Below the pieces are notes generated by a model. That model saw only the letters and a list, made by a program, of their open reading frames with translations, did not search any database and had not been told where the DNA came from. A program made the translations under genes and the position numbers. Shown piece by piece: positions 26,560-35,407 of a DNA stretch of 64,000 nt. Each line of letters opens with the position of its first letter. The first letter of the stretch is position 1. The stretch is from Chloroflexi bacterium B3_Chlor. Lineage in GTDB: Bacteria; Chloroflexota; Anaerolineae; UBA7937; B3-Chlor. The stretch is taken from the NCBI GenBank assembly GCA_005223035.1, contig NJBK01000004.1, positions 40,577 through 104,576 of the forward strand. The letters run 5' to 3'.

Positions 26560-28653
26560 TCATTCGCCATCTTCCTGGTCTGGCCTTTCTTGTTCCCCTG
26601 TGAGTTCGGTGTAGGTCGCGAACCAGTCGAGGAGTTCGTGGGTCCTGCTTTCCCTTCGTTGGTTTCTTTCCCTCTCCCGATAGGCATCCATGCGGGCGAA
26701 TACCTCATCTTGAACGCGGCTCGGGTGGTGCACCCAGTCGAAAGTGAAGACTGCTTCCCTGCCCGCAGTCTCGATCACCACGTTACCGTAGTCGAAGAGG
26801 TTTGCCATGATGCCCGGGATCTCATAGCCAATATCCTGGATCATGGCCAGGCTGGCCTCCCTTCGCTCCTCGCGCAAGCCTAACGGAAGTTTCTCCAGAT
26901 CTATGATACGGTCATGTGTCAGCTGGTAGATATCGTTTCTCCAGTCCTCGTATCTGTACCATAGGAGAAAGAGACCGACCACCATCCCGAGGAGAAACGC
27001 GGTCCAGAAGTAGTTGGCAAAGCGGGGTACCGGCGGGAGCAGGTCGAGCGCGGCCGCCAGTCCCAGTTGCAGCAAGATGAAGAGCAGTAGCAAGGGAGCA
27101 GCGATCTTGTCAATCAGCCTGAACCAGTGTTTGCGCCACGTGACGACCCCGTCCTTCTCGACTCGCGTCTCGGGGATGAGATAGCTTCGGCATCTGCGTA
27201 GCAAATCGACAAGAAGCGGCTCCGTATCCTCGGTAACAGCAGATGGATCGGCGTGTGCCTCGGCCGGGGCTTCTTTCGGCTGTGCTGCTGGTCGCAGTTC
27301 TCCCTCGACTTGCTCCAACTCCAGCTCGAGCCTACGCCGAATCGCTTCTCTCTCCATAGCTGTTTCGTCAACCCTGGTGAGGTCCAATTGCTGGAATATC
27401 TTGTCCCTGACCCAGGCAGCGTCCCCTATTGTCTTGAAGACGATCCTTCCTGTCGCTCCGGCTGTCTGGATGCTCAGATCGTTGAAGCCCAGTAGCCTGG
27501 CTGTGATACCAGGCATCAAGATGAAGATGTCTTGAATCCTCTCCAGTGGGGCCTCTTCTCGTGATTCTCGGAGGAGAATCACTTTCTCGATGTGGACTAC
27601 TCGCTTGTTGGTGACTGCGTAGTAGTCGTTCCGCCAGTTGGCGAAGAGCCAAGCAACCAGGGCAAGAATGCCAGCGCCGATGAGTGTACACACCATGTAG
27701 AGCAGAATGCCGATCCAGTTGAAGTTCAAAGCCAGTAGTAGGGTGCCCACCAAGGCCAATAGGGGGAAGATCAGAACCCACAAGCTGCGGACAAAGGCGA
27801 AAATGTGCTTGCGGGATAACACTATCAGCACCTCTCCTTCCCGTTGCCAAGGGAAACGGCGGGTCAGCATCGTCTTCCGGCTCTCAGCCTCCGTATCGAG
27901 AGTCTTCCTAATAGAGGGGTGTTCTTTCAATAGGCTGTCGAGGTCTCTCTTCGACAGGTAGAACAGGCTGGTGTCCTCCAGCGCTTTCACAGTGGTACCT
28001 CTGGGCTCACCGGTCAGAAGGGAGCGCTCGCCGAAGAAACTGTCATCCGCCAGATGCGTGAGAACTGTCTCTTCTCCAGTCTCCTCCTTGGATAGCAGCG
28101 CAACTCTGCCAGAGTCTATTATGTAGAGGGTGGTGTTCAACTCTCCCTGCCGGAAGATGGTGCTGCCTTGCTGGTAGCGAGTGCGCCCTATGACGGTGGC
28201 AATCCGCTGGATGTCTTCGGCGGACAGGTTCTCAAACAGGGGGACCTTTCTGAGCCGGGCCAGCTTGTGAAGGCCAAGCGCGTCGCGCAGTCCGGGAGAG
28301 TGTTCCAGCAGTGCGTCGAAATCCCCCTTTTCGAGGGAGAGCAGGAGCGCAGGTTCCTCCACCTCAATATTCACATCCCTACGGTCACCCGAAAGGAGGG
28401 AATGCTCACCGAAAGAGTCGCCGCTTTGCAGGTAGTTCAGGGTTTTCTCCCTGCCACGTTCGTCTCGAACCCACACTCTCAGCCGACCAGAGACGACCAT
28501 GTAGAGGCTGGTGTCCAGCTGGCCTTGGCGATAGACTGTGGTCCCCGGGCGGTGTGATCTCTCCTTCACCAACCCAGCTACCTGGCGGATGTCCTCATCA
28601 GACAAGGCACTGAACAGGGGGATTCTCCTCAGCTGGCCTATCCTGTCCTCCAT
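26560..28653 (-). CDS. membrane protein with two cNMP-binding (CAP effector) domains and two bPH/YdbT-like domains
   Basis: Two repeats of the cNMP-binding signature (PLFSALSDEDI...FGEHSLLSG; PLFENLSAEDI...FGERSLLTGEPR). TM helices and PH-like segments follow. GGAGA 6 nt upstream. Lies 9 nt after the uvrC stop. Confidence 0.7.
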   Translation of the reverse strand: MEDRIGQLRRIPLFSALSDEDIRQVAGLVKERSHRPGTTVYRQGQLDTSLYMVVSGRLRVWVRDERGREKTLNYLQSGDSFGEHSLLSGDRRDVNIEVEEPALLLSLEKGDFDALLEHSPGLRDALGLHKLARLRKVPLFENLSAEDIQRIATVIGRTRYQQGSTIFRQGELNTTLYIIDSGRVALLSKEETGEETVLTHLADDSFFGERSLLTGEPRGTTVKALEDTSLFYLSKRDLDSLLKEHPSIRKTLDTEAESRKTMLTRRFPWQREGEVLIVLSRKHIFAFVRSLWVLIFPLLALVGTLLLALNFNWIGILLYMVCTLIGAGILALVAWLFANWRNDYYAVTNKRVVHIEKVILLRESREEAPLERIQDIFILMPGITARLLGFNDLSIQTAGATGRIVFKTIGDAAWVRDKIFQQLDLTRVDETAMEREAIRRRLELELEQVEGELRPAAQPKEAPAEAHADPSAVTEDTEPLLVDLLRRCRSYLIPETRVEKDGVVTWRKHWFRLIDKIAAPLLLLFILLQLGLAAALDLLPPVPRFANYFWTAFLLGMVVGLFLLWYRYEDWRNDIYQLTHDRIIDLEKLPLGLREERREASLAMIQDIGYEIPGIMANLFDYGNVVIETAGREAVFTFDWVHHPSRVQDEVFARMDAYRERERNQRRESRTHELLDWFATYTELTGEQERPDQEDGE

Positions 28654-28662
28654 CGTCGTCTC

Positions 28663-30492
28663 CTAGAGGTACTCCTGCAGCTTGCAAGCGACGGTCTTGT
28701 TCATACCTTGCACCGTAGACAACTCCTCGAGAGTTGCCCGACGGATGGCTTCCACCGACCCGAAACGCTTCAACAGCGCACGCCTGCGTTTCGGACCAAT
28801 GCCCGGTACCTCCTCTAAGACGGAGGTCAAACCTTGTCGGCGGCGCAACCGCTGATGGTATGAGATGGCAAAGCGGTGGGCCTCGTCACGCAGATTCTGC
28901 ATGAGCTGCAGCCCGGGAGAGTCGAGCGGCACAATGATGGGGTCCGGCACACCGGGCTTGAAGATCTCTTCTCGCGCCTTTGCAAGGCCGACAATTGGCA
29001 CACCCTCCAGGCCGTATTCGGCCAGCACCTCCAGAGCAGCGTTAAGCTGACCTTTGCCGCCGTCAATGACGATCAAGTCTGGCAGCCGCGCCCATGTCTC
29101 CTCGGCAGCCTCCTCCCTCACGATTGCTCTCCTAAAGCGGCGTCGAAGAACCTCCTGCATCATGGAGTAGTCATCGGGCCCTTGCACCGTTCGTATCTTG
29201 AAGCGACGATATTCGCTCTTCCGAGGCATGCCCTCGACGAAGACCACCATGCTTCCCGTGGCCGCAACCCCTTGAATGTTGGAGATGTCATAGGCCTCTA
29301 TCCGCATGGGCATAGCTTCCAGAGCGAGGCGCGTCTGTAGGTCGCCTGCGGCGGCTAGAGCCCTGTCCTTCTCAAGTCGCTCTCTGGCCATCAGGTGGCT
29401 GAGGGTCTGAGCGGCGTTTTCCACCACCATCTCTATCAGCTCCCGCTTTCCTCCCCGCCGTGGGACGCGTAGCGCGACTTTCGTACCGCGCTTATCTCGC
29501 AGCCACTGCTCTATGATACGCGTTTCGTCGATGTTGGTGGGCAATAGTATCTCTGGTGGCACATATGCCGCGTGATCGTAGAACTGCTTGATGAACGAAG
29601 CCAGTATCTCCTCTGCTTCCACGTCATCAGCTCCGTCCAGTAGGAAGTACTCGCGGCCGATCAGTTTGCCGGCACGGATGAAGAAGACCTGAACACATGT
29701 CTCTCCGTCCTCGCGGGCGAAGGCGATGGCATCCTCGTCATCTATAGATGTAGAGAGCACCCTCTGGCGCCTGATGACCTGTTCGACGGCGTGGATTTGA
29801 TCCCTCAGGCTGGCTGCTTCTTCGAAGTCCATCCGCTTGGCTGCGGAATCCATACGATGCCTCAAGGAAGCAACAATCTCATCCCGTTTGCCCTCCAGGA
29901 AAAGGCAGACCTGCCCCATCATATCACGATACTCTTCCTTTGAGACGGCCCCGATACAAGGACCTAAACAGCGCTTGATGTGATAGTACAGGCAAGCACG
30001 ATCATCAGTGCCCGTTATCTGCCTGTTGCAGGTCAGGTAGGGGAAGATACGTCGCAACAGGTCCAAGGTTTGGCGCATGGCGCCGCTGGACGTGTAGGGG
30101 CCGAAGTACCGTGCTCCGTCGCGCAGCATCCGACGAACCACCTGGACCCGAGGGAAATCTTCTTGCCAGGTGACTCTGATGTAGGGATACCGCTTATCAT
30201 CCTTCAGGCGAACGTTATAGCGAGGACGGTACTTCTTTATCAGGTTGCATTCCAGGATTAGAGCTTCCAATTCCGAATCCGTGACGATGAAGTCCACGTC
30301 AGCTACGTTCCACACCAGGCGCTGTACCTTGAGTGGATGGGCGGCCGAGGCATGGAAATAGGAGCGTACCCGGTTGCGCAGGTTTACTGCCTTACCTATG
30401 TAGAGGACCTCGTCGGCCTCTCCCTTCATCAGATAGACACCGGGCCCGGTTGGTATGGAATTGAACCTATCCTTGATATTGGGGATGGTCAT
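28663..30492 (-). CDS. uvrC: excinuclease ABC subunit C
   Basis: GIY-YIG N-terminus GVYLMKGEADEVLYIGKAVNLRNRVRSYF, UvrBC-interaction region and a C-terminal HhH. Start MTIPNIKD at internal ATG. Confidence 0.9.
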   Translation of the reverse strand: MTIPNIKDRFNSIPTGPGVYLMKGEADEVLYIGKAVNLRNRVRSYFHASAAHPLKVQRLVWNVADVDFIVTDSELEALILECNLIKKYRPRYNVRLKDDKRYPYIRVTWQEDFPRVQVVRRMLRDGARYFGPYTSSGAMRQTLDLLRRIFPYLTCNRQITGTDDRACLYYHIKRCLGPCIGAVSKEEYRDMMGQVCLFLEGKRDEIVASLRHRMDSAAKRMDFEEAASLRDQIHAVEQVIRRQRVLSTSIDDEDAIAFAREDGETCVQVFFIRAGKLIGREYFLLDGADDVEAEEILASFIKQFYDHAAYVPPEILLPTNIDETRIIEQWLRDKRGTKVALRVPRRGGKRELIEMVVENAAQTLSHLMARERLEKDRALAAAGDLQTRLALEAMPMRIEAYDISNIQGVAATGSMVVFVEGMPRKSEYRRFKIRTVQGPDDYSMMQEVLRRRFRRAIVREEAAEETWARLPDLIVIDGGKGQLNAALEVLAEYGLEGVPIVGLAKAREEIFKPGVPDPIIVPLDSPGLQLMQNLRDEAHRFAISYHQRLRRRQGLTSVLEEVPGIGPKRRRALLKRFGSVEAIRRATLEELSTVQGMNKTVACKLQEYL

Positions 30493-30602
30493 CCCTGTGT
30501 GCTCTACTGGGCTGGGGACGCGGGCTCGCCGGGTGCAAACAGAATCTCTATCCAATTCTACACAAGACATGCCACGGGTGTCAACTCCATCCGAGGCACA
30601 CT

Positions 30603-30631
30603 TTGCTCACATGGGCCAGTTATGGTAGAAT
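30603..30631 (+). promoter_or_regulatory. sigma70-like promoter TTGCTC-N17-TAGAAT
   Basis: Hexamers at 30603-30608 and 30626-30631, about 70 nt upstream of the Wzz-like gene (RBS GGGAGG 5 nt before ATG 30704). Confidence 0.4.
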
Positions 30632-30703
30632 AGCTCAGGAGGCGATAAGTGTCCAGACAGAGGGTTTGAGGGGCGAGCCTCTCCTTGTCGCTGGGAGGTA
30701 AGA

Positions 30704-31420
30704 ATGGAATTGAAGCAGTATCTGAGAGTGTTGGTGCGCAAGTGGTGGATAATTGTGCTGGCCTGTGCGATCACAGTGACCAGCGCAGTGGTATTCAGCG
30801 AGGTACGACCGCCTATCTATCGTTCCTCGGCTGTGTTGCAGGTGATCCCGGCCAGGTATGACTACGGGCAGACCCTGGCTGCAGAGCTGTTGCTGAGACA
30901 GTTCGCGAACCAGATTCACACCACCAATATGGCTCAGCAGGTGGTAGATGAACTGCAGCTTGACATAACGACCGACAAGCTCCTAGGTCACGTAACAGTC
31001 GCTCCCATACCAGAGGATTTTCTTATCCAGATAGATGCGGATAGGGCTAGTCCAGAGGAAGCTCGTGACGTGGCCAGCGTCTTTGCCCACGACTTCGTGG
31101 CCTTCCACGCGGCGCAGATAATGGACATAGACCGCCGGGATCGGGTCAAGATACGCATCCTTGAGGACGCCAGGTACGGTTGGGTGCACTGGCCTAAGAC
31201 GAAGACTCTGGCTCTGGCAGGGGGCGTGCTGGGACTGCTAATCGGACTCTTACTGGCTTTCGGCTTGGAGTATCTCGAGTCTGATGTACTCAGGTCTTCC
31301 GAGGACGTCGAGCGGTATGTAGGCGTGCCGGTGCTAGGCTCCATCCCCACCATTGGCGGTAGCGAAGGGGCGGGGAGTTCAAAGTGGAGAAGACGCTTTG
31401 CTCTTCCATGGTTGAAGTAG
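30704..31420 (+). CDS. Wzz/CpsC-like polysaccharide chain-length determinant protein
   Basis: N-terminal TM helix (WWIIVLACAITV), a periplasmic segment, and a C-terminal TM helix (GVLGLLIGLLLAF). Paired with the downstream BY-kinase. Confidence 0.7.
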   Translation: MELKQYLRVLVRKWWIIVLACAITVTSAVVFSEVRPPIYRSSAVLQVIPARYDYGQTLAAELLLRQFANQIHTTNMAQQVVDELQLDITTDKLLGHVTVAPIPEDFLIQIDADRASPEEARDVASVFAHDFVAFHAAQIMDIDRRDRVKIRILEDARYGWVHWPKTKTLALAGGVLGLLIGLLLAFGLEYLESDVLRSSEDVERYVGVPVLGSIPTIGGSEGAGSSKWRRRFALPWLK

Positions 31421-31468
31421 CCCCTGAGGGGTCGCCTGGTTTCTGAGGTTGGCAGTTGCCGGCAGTCG

Positions 31469-31497
31469 TTGCGATGATATAGACATCGCTGTATAAT
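31469..31497 (+). promoter_or_regulatory. sigma70-like promoter TTGCGA-N17-TATAAT
   Basis: Hexamers at 31469-31474 and 31492-31497. GGAGG at 31520-31524, 9 nt before ATG 31533. Confidence 0.45.
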
Positions 31498-31532
31498 CAT
31501 GTGCCACGTACCCATACTGGAGGCTTGAAATC

Positions 31533-32222
31533 ATGGCTGTGAACAACCGGTCGGACAGTCTGGTCACTCTTACCACACCCCGCTCCCCCATCAGCGAAGC
31601 ATATCGCACGTTGCGCACCAACCTCGAGTTTTCCAGCTTGGACAAACCCATAAAGACGATAGTGGTAACTTCTCCCGGGCCCGAGGAGGGAAAATCAACG
31701 ACCTTGGCCAATCTGGCCGTCACGCTGGCTCGGGCCGAGAAAGAGGTCATCTTGGTGGATTGCGACTTGAGGCGACCTTCGCAGCATGAGATCTTCGGCG
31801 TGCACAACGGGGTCGGCCTCACCACCATGGTCGTAGACGATGAGGCTATGGCTGATCCCCCTCTCCAAGAGACGAGCGTCTCGGGGTTGTGGCTCTTACC
31901 GAGTGGCCCTCTTCCTCCTAACCCATCAGAGCTGGTAGGCTCCCGTCGTATGAAGGAGATCATAGCTGTCTTGTCCCAACGAGCAGACATCGTCTTGTTC
32001 GATGCCCCGCCGATCATTGCTGTAACGGATGCTGCCGTCCTGTCCTCCGAGGTGGACGGGGTGTTGATGGTCATCAACGCCGGAGGTACCAAGCGAGATC
32101 ATGCCCAGAAGGCGAAGGCCTTGCTGGACAAGGTGAACGCCCATCTTGTGGGAGCGGTTCTCAACAATGTGAAGATAGACACCAGTCTACATAGGTACTA
32201 TGCTGAGCAAAAGGGCGGCTAA
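31533..32222 (+). CDS. tyrosine-protein kinase, CpsD/CapB BY-kinase
   Basis: Walker A SPGPEEGKSTT, A-prime VDCDLRRP, Walker B VLFDAPP, C-terminal Tyr-rich tail RYYAEQ. Confidence 0.8.
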   Translation: MAVNNRSDSLVTLTTPRSPISEAYRTLRTNLEFSSLDKPIKTIVVTSPGPEEGKSTTLANLAVTLARAEKEVILVDCDLRRPSQHEIFGVHNGVGLTTMVVDDEAMADPPLQETSVSGLWLLPSGPLPPNPSELVGSRRMKEIIAVLSQRADIVLFDAPPIIAVTDAAVLSSEVDGVLMVINAGGTKRDHAQKAKALLDKVNAHLVGAVLNNVKIDTSLHRYYAEQKGG

Positions 32223-32245
32223 GAGATGAAGGCAATGCGGGTATA

Positions 32246-33310
32246 ATGAAGGCACTGATCTTGAGTGGGGGTAAAGGCACTCGCCTATACCCCATTACTT
32301 ATACTAGCGCCAAGCAACTGGTACCTGTGGCCAACAGGCCAGTACTCTTCCGGGCCATAGATGCCATCGTGGAGGCGGGCATCACCGACATCGGGATCGT
32401 CGTCGGCGATACCGCCCCCGAAATCAAGGCCGCAGTCGGCGATGGCTCCGAGTGGGGGGCCAAGGTTACTTACATCCAGCAGGAAGCGCCACTAGGGTTG
32501 GCCCATGCGGTCCTGATTTCGGAGCACTATCTGGGCAACGACAGATTCGTCATGTTCCTCGGGGATAATGTCCTTGAGGGGGGTATCGCGGACTTGGTCA
32601 CACAGTTCGCCGAGGGCGACTGGAACTCTCAGATCGTGCTCACAAGGGTGAACAACCCGCAGCACTTTGGTGTGGCGGAATTGAGGAACGGTCAGGTAGT
32701 GCGGCTGGTGGAGAAGCCTAAGGAGCCGCCCAGCGATTTGGCACTGGTAGGCATCTACATGTTCGATCGGAACATCTTCGAGGCGGTGAAGAACATCAAG
32801 CCTTCGTGGAGGGGAGAGTTGGAGATCACCGACGCTATCCAATACCTGGTGGACCATGGATACAAGGTCTATCCCTACGTACATGAGGGATGGTGGATAG
32901 ACACAGGAAAGCCGGGCGACATGTTGGACTGCAACCGCCTCTTGCTGGAGACCATTGAGTCTCACAACCTGGGCACTGTGGATGAGAAGTCCAGTCTCTC
33001 GGGGCGCGTCATCATTCAGAAGGGTGCTGAGATCATCAATAGCACCATTCGTGGGCCCGCTATCATTGGCGAGAATAGCCGGATTGTGGACGCCTACATA
33101 GGTCCGTTCACCGCTATCTTTCATGACGTTCTGATCGAGAACAGCGAGATAGAACACTGCATTGTCTTGGAGAACTGCAAGATCACAGACATCGGAACTC
33201 GCATCGAGGATAGCGTGATAGGGCGGAATGTCGAGATCACTCGCTCGCCCCTGAGGCCGAAGGCCTACAGAATGATGATAGGTGACAACAGCCAGATTGG
33301 GATATTGTAG
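32246..33310 (+). CDS. rmlA: glucose-1-phosphate thymidylyltransferase, long form with C-terminal left-handed beta-helix
   Basis: GGKGTRLYPIT...KQL sugar-nucleotidyltransferase signature. 354 aa with hexapeptide repeats at the C-terminus. Confidence 0.8.
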   Translation: MKALILSGGKGTRLYPITYTSAKQLVPVANRPVLFRAIDAIVEAGITDIGIVVGDTAPEIKAAVGDGSEWGAKVTYIQQEAPLGLAHAVLISEHYLGNDRFVMFLGDNVLEGGIADLVTQFAEGDWNSQIVLTRVNNPQHFGVAELRNGQVVRLVEKPKEPPSDLALVGIYMFDRNIFEAVKNIKPSWRGELEITDAIQYLVDHGYKVYPYVHEGWWIDTGKPGDMLDCNRLLLETIESHNLGTVDEKSSLSGRVIIQKGAEIINSTIRGPAIIGENSRIVDAYIGPFTAIFHDVLIENSEIEHCIVLENCKITDIGTRIEDSVIGRNVEITRSPLRPKAYRMMIGDNSQIGIL

Positions 33311-33390
33311 CAGCACCGTGCAAGAGTCCATTCTGCGGTGTATGGGGAATCGGGCGGATGGTGGTGGCGTGAGAGTTCAAGAGATTGCTC

Positions 33391-33459
33391 GTGTGAAGGA
33401 AGCCCTGCCCGTATGAAGGAAGCCCTGCCCGTATGAAGGAAGCCCTGCCCGTATGAAGG
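33391..33459. repeat. 20-bp tandem repeat (3.4 copies) of unit GT[G/A]TGAAGGAAGCCCTGCCC overlapping the radical SAM gene start
   Basis: Units at 33391-33410, 33411-33430 and 33431-33450, with a partial copy at 33451-33459. Each unit carries an SD-like AAGGAAG and an ATG. Confidence 0.85.
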
Positions 33460-34895
33460 TAACACTGGTTTGGAGTGGGGGGGGAATAGACGGCTTCAAC
33501 AGCGCTGGCAAGGGCATGTCGGGGGGGTGGATTGGCCACGGACTGGCCTTGCTCTCAGCCTGTGCCAAGCAGGCGGGCCACGAGGTGAACCTGATAGACC
33601 GACGAGCCCTAAGGGATTGGGACCATTTCCGCCAGGAGATACGACGCCGAGCTCCGGATGTAGCAGGATTTGGCATGCTTAGCGTGGACTTCAACCCTGC
33701 CATGAAGGGCGTCGAACTGGTCAAGGAAGCGAATCCGAACACTATTACGGTGGTCGGCGGGCCTCACCCTACTTTGGTGCCTGACGAGGTCTTGAGCAAC
33801 CAGCTGGTGGATCATTTGGTCACGGGCGAGGGCGAGATATCCTTCATCGAGATGCTGCACGAGCTTGAGCGGGGCGAGAAGGTTGAACGGCTGATCGAGG
33901 GCGAGAGACCTAACCTCGATGACCTGCCGTTCGCTGATCGGGACATCTACCTGAACGAATGGCGGAACGCCGGCTACGATTATGACTCGCCAGAGGCTCC
34001 CCTCTCGGCCGAGACGCTTCCCCCTTTTGTGACCATCATCGCTGGCCGAGGTTGTCGTTACAATTGTGCCTTTTGCAAGCCAGGCGAGGACATTCTCTTC
34101 GGCAAGGGCGTGAGGCGACGAAGTGTCTCTCATGTCATAGCGGAATTGAAGCAACTGCGGGACAAATATCGCTTCAACACCCTGATGATTCATGACGACT
34201 GTCTAAGCGAAGATCGAGCGTGGGTGACAGAGTTCTGCGACCAGTATGAGGCCGAAGGGTTCACCCAACCCTTCTGGTGCCAGGCGCGTGTCGACCACGT
34301 GGTCAGACACGAGGACATGATCAGGCGCATGGCGGACGTAGGCTTGGAGGGACTGTTCCTGGGTTTCGAGAGTGGCAGTGATCGTATCCTCAGGTTCATC
34401 CGCAAAGGTACCACTGTTGCCAAGAACTTGGAGGCGGCGCGCATTTGCCGCAAATATGACATTCGTATCTGGGCCAACTACATGCTGGGGCTGCCGACAG
34501 AGACCGAAGACGAGATCAGGGAAACGATCACCATGTTGAAGGAGATCGATCCCGATTACTACAGCCCGGCGTTCTACACGCCGTATCCGGGCAATGATCT
34601 CTATGACTATTGCATGGAGCATGGCCTGTCACTTGTCAAGGATCATGACGGCTACAGCCGCAACCCCACCGAGCCCAAGATCAAGGGCCACGATCCTGAG
34701 TTTCTGAGATGGGCTCTGAAGGAGTCCCAGCGGAGGAAGGTGCGTAGTACCATCAGCCGAAGTACTAGGTACTACTTGAAGCGCTACGCTTCACCCCGTA
34801 AGGCGATGGCCAGGGCAGGCAGGATGATGAAAGGTCGGCCTAGAGGGAGGGGACGAAATGGTCAATCCATCGGCGGCCAAGAGATTGAGGTATGA
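33453..34895 (+). CDS. B12-binding domain radical SAM enzyme (class B-like)
   Basis: N-terminal cobalamin-binding Rossmann region. CxxxCxxC as GCRYNCAFC. 480 aa, with a low-complexity R/G-rich tail. Confidence 0.8.
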   Translation: MKVTLVWSGGGIDGFNSAGKGMSGGWIGHGLALLSACAKQAGHEVNLIDRRALRDWDHFRQEIRRRAPDVAGFGMLSVDFNPAMKGVELVKEANPNTITVVGGPHPTLVPDEVLSNQLVDHLVTGEGEISFIEMLHELERGEKVERLIEGERPNLDDLPFADRDIYLNEWRNAGYDYDSPEAPLSAETLPPFVTIIAGRGCRYNCAFCKPGEDILFGKGVRRRSVSHVIAELKQLRDKYRFNTLMIHDDCLSEDRAWVTEFCDQYEAEGFTQPFWCQARVDHVVRHEDMIRRMADVGLEGLFLGFESGSDRILRFIRKGTTVAKNLEAARICRKYDIRIWANYMLGLPTETEDEIRETITMLKEIDPDYYSPAFYTPYPGNDLYDYCMEHGLSLVKDHDGYSRNPTEPKIKGHDPEFLRWALKESQRRKVRSTISRSTRYYLKRYASPRKAMARAGRMMKGRPRGRGRNGQSIGGQEIEV

Positions 34896-35085
34896 GAAAA
34901 CGCTCCAAGCGATAGGACGCCTTGCAGAGAAGCAGAGGTTGCGCGAGATCTGCATACTTGAGGTTGAAGGAGGTGTGGTGCTTCAAGGACAGGCCCTTGT
35001 CACCACAAGAGATGGCTATCATCTTGTCTCGAAGACCAAGGTGCTCAGCCACGAGGACCTCGCGCAGCTGATGCGCGAGCTGTGA
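34858..35085 (+). CDS. small hypothetical protein, paralog A (75 aa)
   Basis: Strong SD GGGAGGGG 5 nt before ATG 34858. Shares the pattern Y..L..IG..A.....I.L.E.E.G..LQG...LMRE with 35119-35370. Overlaps the radical SAM gene's 3' end by 38 nt. Confidence 0.5.
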   Translation: MVNPSAAKRLRYEKTLQAIGRLAEKQRLREICILEVEGGVVLQGQALVTTRDGYHLVSKTKVLSHEDLAQLMREL

Positions 35086-35118
35086 GCAGGGGTTCGCAGG
35101 CCTAGAGAGGGGGGACTG

Positions 35119-35370
35119 ATGCAGAAGCTCTTCCAGGGCATGGCCAAGACCGACTACCAGGATGTCTTGAGAACCATAGGTCATTACGCAGACCAACACG
35201 GTTTCACCGGTATACGACTCATGGAGACTGAGGATGGCCTGATCCTTCAGGGCAAGGTAGGCACTGGAGAGGCCAGAGGGGAGAAGAGAACGGAGACGTA
35301 TCTCCTCACTGTTCAGGATGTCAGGGATTTGATGCGAGAGGCTTACACTCGTCGGGGTACGAGACTATAG
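35119..35370 (+). CDS. small hypothetical protein, paralog B (83 aa)
   Basis: SD GAGAGGGGGG upstream. Paralogous to 34858-35085. Confidence 0.5.
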   Translation: MQKLFQGMAKTDYQDVLRTIGHYADQHGFTGIRLMETEDGLILQGKVGTGEARGEKRTETYLLTVQDVRDLMREAYTRRGTRL

Positions 35371-35407
35371 CTTGCTCAGGCGTTAGTCCCAGAGGAGGTC
35401 CGGAATA

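Noticed and set aside
33391-33459. Whether the 20-bp tandem repeat could be a CRISPR array
   Set aside because: There are only 3.4 contiguous copies with no spacers, the unit is too short, and it overlaps a gene start. No cas genes are in the window. It is a simple tandem repeat.
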